From contig CM102286.1 of assembly GCA_046563655.1 (NCBI GenBank), forward strand, positions 5,456,001 through 5,520,000: 64,000 bases of DNA, read 5' to 3'. The stretch is from Yuukianura sp. NJ FZ-2021 (taxonomy: Eukaryota). Of this stretch, positions 57,121-64,000 are shown piece by piece. The notes beneath the pieces are model-generated. The model saw only the letters and a program-made list of their open reading frames with translations. It ran no database searches and was not told the origin of the DNA. Each line of letters begins with the position of its first letter. The first letter of the stretch is position 1. The translations under genes were made by a program, and so were the position numbers.

Positions 57121-59068
57121 TAGAAAGCAACTTTACGCCCAGTCATGAAATTTTAAATCAAGCAGACACTCACGTTCTGGATTTTATAATTTCCAAGAAA
57201 GTAAATGCTCATGGGTTGTCCAATCTAATTTTCAGTTTGGTGGACGGACAGCGGTGTTCAAGCTTCAGCTGAATACCGCCAAATTTTGAACTGTTTCACA
57301 GTTTCCGAGAACTGTTGCTCTCCATTTTCCATGAAAGTGACGGAAAGCATCGCTTACAATATCAGAATTCGCCATAAACAAAATGTAAATTTAACTTTTC
57401 GCAGAATCCTGAAAATAAATAAAACTTTCCTGTTGACCCATTTTTGGACACTTTTTTTTTACTATGAAAATCACAAATCTATTGTTAGCTATAGCTCTGA
57501 CTTGCTGACTTGGACTAACCTTAAAAAATAGCAACAAAAAATTCTACAATACATAAAATCACTGCAGGGTGTCCCGTCTTCGACAATATTTCCAAATTTA
57601 GAGCTTTTTACGTATTTTGGGATTCAACGTCAATTTTGACACCCAAAATTTCCTGGAGCCAAATTTAAAAATTTACGATCAATTCTTACAAGTTATTTCA
57701 TCTTTACGTCAAAACATCTCCAAAATTGTGACAAGGTTATGGTCTCCTTCCGTTAAAGGGTACCCGTATCTCATGTTTCTGCCATTTATTTGCCAAAAGT
57801 GTAACCTTTTGGCGTTTACTACGCAAACATACTCCTACGGAGACTTGTGCAGACGCTACGAAAAGTTCCTAGACACAGAAAGTTATAGGTACCTTTAGTA
57901 GTAAGTTTGTGACTTCTAAAATTATAAAAAGTACACTACCCTGCTTGTTTTTACATCATATGTGATGCTGATGATCTACTTTAGAATTTGGGACAAATGA
58001 TGCATATTTTAAGCAACTGGTACCCCTGTGCCAAGATGTGAGACGCTTCTTTCCTGGAATTAAAACTTTTATTTTGGTATTTCTGTTTTTTATGGCTAAT
58101 GGAACATTTTTAATGGCAGAGGGTACCAGAGGCGCCTGCTTGGGTCAAAGGTGAGGCAGCTTGGCAAATAAATTTCTGAGATGGGCAATAATAGTAAAGG
58201 AACTGCTTTTCCCAATGGAAACCAAGTGTATGAAGACTGAGTAGCATACAAATGGAAGAGGGAGTTTCAAAGTCCATTAACGTTGATTACGAGGATCTTC
58301 CCTCTTTCAAGAACCGAGTCCACGAAATGGCTTGATTGGACCTGGACAATGGACATAGAAATTCTTAACGTTAGGGACTTGGAGGCAAACGGTTCGTAAG
58401 CTGAAAATATCTCAGCAGTAAAAATTCAATGGATAATTTTGTAAGAATTAATAACTTTTGTTGCTTGCGACCAAATTAACTTCGACTATATTACAAGGAA
58501 TCGGTGTGGCAGCATTTTCTTTCAAGGGCAAAATTTGCACATCAAATGGCGGCCCTTACCATGTTCTCCATTTAGTTTTTGCATCATTTCTCAGTGCATA
58601 TCTATATTAAATTTGCTCTGTCTACCGAATGCATTAACATTTTAATGGCATTAGTTGATTTGGAAGGAGGGCCACTAGTAGTCAAATATGTAAGAATTTA
58701 AGCCAATAACATGTATTTGGCCCTCTTGAATTATAATTAACTACCTTCGTGTGGTGAGTTTTGTCCTTAAATATAAATTCATTTTTAATTTGTATCAATA
58801 CTCCTATTTTAAATCACCTTTCTTGAATAATTCGTTTTTGGCTTCCGAGATGAGGAGTTTCTGAATGTCTGCTCTTACTCCCTTATAGGGTGAAACCGCT
58901 CATTTATTTATACAAAACTGTCGTAAATTTCATTTCTTTTTCAATTTCTACATGCATCCAATCCAGTTTCAATAAACTGTACCTATGTCGCACTGGAGTA
59001 ATGTGCCACACTCCTTAATACAGTTGCCGTGACGAAGGACGACGTCGGTGTCGCTGTAGTTGAAAGAA

Positions 59069-60885
59069 ATGCTGTCGTACGTGACGTGGCAGTATCTAAT
59101 CAGGGTTTCAAACGCGGGATGCAAGTGGGGTATTTACAGCTACAAACTCGTCTTGAGAAAAGCGGGGTACGCGCTTATTCCTGCAAGGAATATTCAAATT
59201 CCACAAATCGTATCCGGAGTTAGCTTTGTTATAAACCTAGCAATTATAGCCATCATGGGACTGAGCGCCTGGATCGTAAATGAAGACGCTGTTTTTGTTC
59301 TATGCGGTGGAGTCGCAGGAACGGTCGTCGGCGCTTGCGCATTTCAACTGTGGTATTTTGCCAAAATGGAGGATTTACTTGCCATAGAGTCAATGTTCAT
59401 ACGACTACACAACCACCTCCGTGAGTTTTCATGTACAGACTTTTAGTATATAGTACAAATAATCTTCTCCGTACGGTTAACTTAATTAATTAAGTACGGT
59501 TAATACGGATCAGTCATCAACTGTAAAATCTGTATTGCTTATTCCGGAAAGAACGTTATGTATTTATCGTTTGGCTTTTGCGGCTTTTTTGGTATTTTTT
59601 TCTACTGTTTTCGTTACAAACACAGAATTATTGCGAGTTTATGATTAATTTGTACTAATTTGTGTAATTCTTCACTGTAATACTCCTGCAAGTTCTACGA
59701 TCGGTGTGCCTTAATAAGCGCCTAATTCACTATGAAGGCCAATACCTAAAATGTTATATTTTTTGAAAACCATAATAAGTTTGTTGATAGCGGAATTTTG
59801 TTTGTTTACCACATGTTGACTTCAAAATTGCAGTAAGGTTACCAGTAAAACACCTCCGAACGCTAAAAATATTCTAAATTATACGTCAATTTCAGACAAA
59901 GTACATGGGATTCCTCTGACTTCAAAGAATACGGACGGGTACGAGGTGATAGCGAAAGTTGCATACATTGGAATGGTGTTTGGCCAAGTAGTGCTCTTCC
60001 CATTTCTTTTACTCCTGCTTGTGGCAACCGACAATCAACTCAGCCGATACACGTTTCTCGTCATTGAAACAACTCTTGAGTTCTGTGTTGGCAAAACGCA
60101 GAATCCAGTGGTCGTCGCTATCGTTGCAACGCTGGTAATTGGAGTGGCCTCCTGGTCAATGATTATTAGCCTTTTTGCCGTTTACAGAGGCTTGTTATGC
60201 TCACTGCCGTACACAAATGCGACCAGGCTCTGGGTTCAACAACTCAGGTACGTTGAATTGGTTCTACATAAACGGAAATAAGTAGACCTATTCAAAAAGA
60301 GCATATTTGTATAACGTCTGTTGGGTATGCCAGGACATACTACATACTAAAAGCTGCACCAGCAGCAACCATATTTCTTCTCTAATAAAAAGGCTTATTG
60401 CAAATGTGTTAAATTTCAGTGGCGCAATGAAAAGAGCCGAGCGAATTGCAAGGAATTATGAACTGGAATACTTGAATCATCAGGTCCTGAATAAGTTTGC
60501 CAATGACGTCTTCGCTGGCGTCGTGGAATGTGTCTTGTATCTTTCACAGCTAGTTCTTATCGCCTGTACTTACGCGAGCGTCAAGTTCACCAAGAGAAGT
60601 ATTATGCTCGTTCCCGGTCTCTTGTTATTTGTCGGAGTGGTGGCATTTCTTATGAAAGAGTCAATAGAACTGGCCGTGCTTTGTCGCGTTAATTCGGCCG
60701 AATGCTGCCGAATTGGAAAATTCTCGTTGGGAGGCACGGCGTCTAATAAAATGTTCTGGAAGTCCAGAAGACCGGTGGACATCCAGGTAGGGAAACACTT
60801 TGTTCTGGACTCCAATGACTTTATTCTAACCATGTTTGGAAAAGTTGTACTTGAAAACGTCATTGACCTTCTCGTAGCATTTTGA
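59069..60885 (+). CDS. Multi-pass membrane protein of the arthropod gustatory/odorant receptor (7TM ion channel chemoreceptor) superfamily, ~389 aa, 3 exons
   Basis: Exons 59069-59420, 59896-60247 and 60420-60885 total 1170 nt in frame. Several hydrophobic segments. The C-terminus KSRRPVDIQVGKHFVLDSNDFILTMFGKVVLENVIDLLVAF resembles the GR/OR TM7 region pattern (R-x2-P-x-x-I-x-x-G-x-F). Confidence 0.72.
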
Positions 60886-63800
60886 AAAACATCCAGGGCA
60901 GCACCTAATCCTAGCGAAACCCTAATAACTGCGAGTGTATTTTCCTTTCTACAGTACAAAAGAGGTTCTTTGTCTCTCCACGTTTCTTGTTTTTATGCTG
61001 TTAGATCGACTCAAGGTTTCTATAGCAACGGGTGCTTCATAAGGTTAAGCAATAAGTCTTGTTTTCCAAAAATCTCGCTACAAACTTTTTTTTCCGCCAA
61101 GTTTCCCCCAGAGTGAATCAGAGTGAATGTCTTGCCGTGATGTCATTTCATTTTTGCAATTTTGGAAGGAAAAATATAAAAACCGAGGTATTGCTTATGA
61201 AGCAACAACTATTCCGTTGCTATAGAAACCTTAGATCGACTGATCAACATCAGAACCAGCGTTTTTCATAAGTTTGTTAAGTTTAGCACCTTAAATAAGT
61301 TCTTGCTTTAACTTTTTCGTCAGCCATACCTCCACTAGGCAGTAAATTAAATACTCTACATCCTATTCTGCCTTAAACAATTAGCCTTGCAATACAGCGC
61401 AGGAATTGTGCCTCCATCCTAGGAGCCCTGCATTCAAGTAAAGAGTTAGTATACGAAATATACTACCTTTAGTCCATAAGTCTCATCCGAGTGTTAAAAA
61501 CTAACCAATTTGTTAAATATCACTGAAAATTTCAAAGTTCAGGAAAAAACTAATTAATTAATTAAATACAGTAAAATACATTTACATGTCAACTGTTATA
61601 CATAGTCTGTCACTTGCGAATGAGATAACGCTAAAGTGGCTTTAGAAAAAGGCTTTGAGTACGCCAATTTTTAAGCAAACCATCTCGTAAGCTGGTGATT
61701 TCCAAATCAGGATAAATTCGATTGCAGAGAATTTTGTAACTAAGAGTCCTTAGTGATAATTGTGTTCTTGTATACTTTTATCAAAATGGTCGTTGGTTCT
61801 CTTTTTTCATCAATACGTGTATGTTGTAACCCGCCTCGAAAAATTTGTTGTGAATTGATGTCATAAAATTCACTTCTACTTTCAAAATTTACTTCTTATA
61901 ATTACTACCAATTGTAATTAATCATCAAAGTTTTATTTTTGTCCCAAAAGCAACTTTTGGAAAGTAATAATTAATCATTAATCTATTACAAATCCAGTTC
62001 TGTTGTGTTCTTGTGTTATTAATAAAAAGTTATTTGAAAAAAAAATTACTTTTGATTTAAACCGTCCTACGAGAGAATTTGTTTTGAATTTTGTAATAAT
62101 TTTGTAAGTCAAGGGAGAGTAAAATCGGGCCAATTACATTGTGCATCGAATTGACTTGTTGGCGGCAATTGTTTTTTGACTGCAAATTATTTCTCATACT
62201 TACCAACTACTTCATACCTACCACATCATTTTACAACACGTCAAAGTTGTGCATAAATTTACCGATTACTAAATGACACACATTGTATTTCAAGTAAACG
62301 TTAAATTGTATGAACAGTTTTAAGGGTAACGATTCCATTCGCGTATGCACAATTTGGGGGGTAAAAAATTGGGGAAATTCCGGTAAACGCGAAAGTGGAA
62401 AAATGTGCATCTTTGAAACAACGTACCAGATTTTGGTTGATAAACTCTGCACAAACAAGTAATTCGTAAAAAGTAAAGACAACTAAAAAGTTAATTCTGT
62501 AAATTCAAGGAACGGGTAAACACGTTTCACTGTTTCGCCAGAATTGTGCAGTTCTGCAGAAAATGCAACTTTGGACTCCTTCAAGTGTAGTATTTTGGCG
62601 TATATACATTCACAACTTTCTTTGCTTGGCTTTGTTTTTCTTGCATGAAATCATAGAGTTGTCAGGGCGGGGTTTTTGGCTTTCTCTTGTATAACTTTAG
62701 AGTGAATAGTAGTCATAAAATTTTCGAAACAAATCCAAAGCGGATCAAAGCAAAAACACATCGCTTTCATCCCAACTTTAGGCACGGTTCAAGCAAATGG
62801 TGCAAAGTTCTTCAGCATGTCGTAGACATGCGTCTCCAGAAGCCGAAAAAATGACATATATGTCACTCTAAAAAAATCCCATTGTCAACTCTATTCGTGG
62901 AAAAAATTCATTTTTCCAAAATATTTTTCAGTTCTGGCGTGAAAACGCTTATTTTTCCACGAGACGAAATACTTTACCGTTACAAACCGTTACAAAGCAT
63001 GCAACAATATGATGCTTAGAAAATGGAACACAAGCGGTTTTTTTTCGACGGTGGTTTTTATATCATTTTCATTATTGATACGCTGTGCAACATGCATTTA
63101 CTTTGCACACAAAAAAAAACCGCTTTGCAATTTCAGCCAACTCGACTCAACGGTTTTAAAAAACCGACGTAAAGTTGGTTCATGAAATCATCGGTTTTTG
63201 GAAGCCGTTCTTTTTCAGTGTAGCGAGAACGTAGTCCAAAACACAGTTTGTGTTGCACCTCCGAATTTGTGCTAACCGCCAAATGGTGTAGCCTGGCAAA
63301 CTAAACACCAAGTTTCAAGTTTTATAATCACGTGTTCGGTTTCGTTAGTGTGCAAGCATTTTTGGTTAGTAAAGATGTAGGTTCTGTGCATCGGCATAAA
63401 CATTTTATAAATTTCCTGTTCTCGCACCGAGCATGGGTTGCGTCACAAACAATGATGCACCTTACATAAAATCTGTCCAATTCTGATGCACGATTTACGT
63501 CGGTAATACTTTAGAAACGATTTTGTGCAAAAGGGATTACAAACTTTATTGCTTGGTTTGTAAAATTCCCACATGAGTTGCACAAAAATTGTAGTGAAAA
63601 ATAAAATCTCACGGTGGTGGTGGTAACAATGGAAGTGGCAACAGTTCTGAATTAGGAAAGTAAAAAAAAAAGAAAACAGAACCGAAAATTTGCACTTTAG
63701 AAATGAGGTCTCCAAACCCAAACAAATAATTATCTTATTTTCACGCGATTTCTATGGCAACAGTACAATTTATAATAGGGTTCCAAGGCTTTTTTTTTCT

Positions 63801-64000
63801 CAAATTGTACAACCAAAAAGCTTTCCGAAATTGTTCGTACTGGAGTCGTTGAAAAATACTTTTTAAAGTGACGAGTGATGATGAAAGATGTTATAAATTT
63901 AATAACTGTTACTGACAACCTTAGGAACAGATTCTCCTTCCACAGTTTGCCACTTAAGGGAATAATGGATCCAATAAATCAACGAGTGTTAACAAATGAC

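Noticed and set aside
57564..57945. CAGGGTGTCCC resembling a Tc1/mariner TIR start
   Set aside because: No convincing matching opposite TIR or TA TSD, and no transposase remnant.
62864..63220. Possible CACT...AGTG-ended element with internal AAGCGGTTTT/AAAACCGCTT inverted repeats
   Set aside because: Termini match only loosely and the flanks give no TSD; may be an old MITE but cannot be supported from one copy.

Overview
AT-rich eukaryotic animal genomic DNA with short (mostly 60-140 nt) spliceosomal introns. The gene content and style suggest an arthropod, possibly a non-insect hexapod such as a springtail (inference only). Seven multi-exon protein genes can be assembled by hand: canonical nuclear poly(A) polymerase (+, ~1.8-5.3 kb), a proctolin/FMRFamide-receptor-like peptide GPCR with a 10.4 kb first coding intron (+, 23.5-37.2 kb), OST subunit KRTCAP2 (-), a head-to-head Patched-domain (PTCHD3/Ptr-like) sterol-sensing protein (+), a small ZAD-like protein without C2H2 fingers (-), a 3xIg+FN3 GPI-type adhesion molecule (klingon/wrapper/lachesin-like, -, 5' end not found), and a ~389 aa GR/OR-like chemoreceptor (+) that may be nested in the adhesion gene. 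The most unusual non-coding feature is an intact 433 bp TRIM-like mini LTR element (identical 92 bp LTRs, 4 bp TSD) with a tRNA-like B-box and a long fold-back core. Also present are a foldback MITE with TTAGG repeats, an LTR-like insert, a possible atypical defensin-like peptide gene, and a pre-miRNA-like hairpin. No rRNA, complete tRNA or CRISPR array was seen. Most short ORFs in the supplied track are spurious or are exon fragments.
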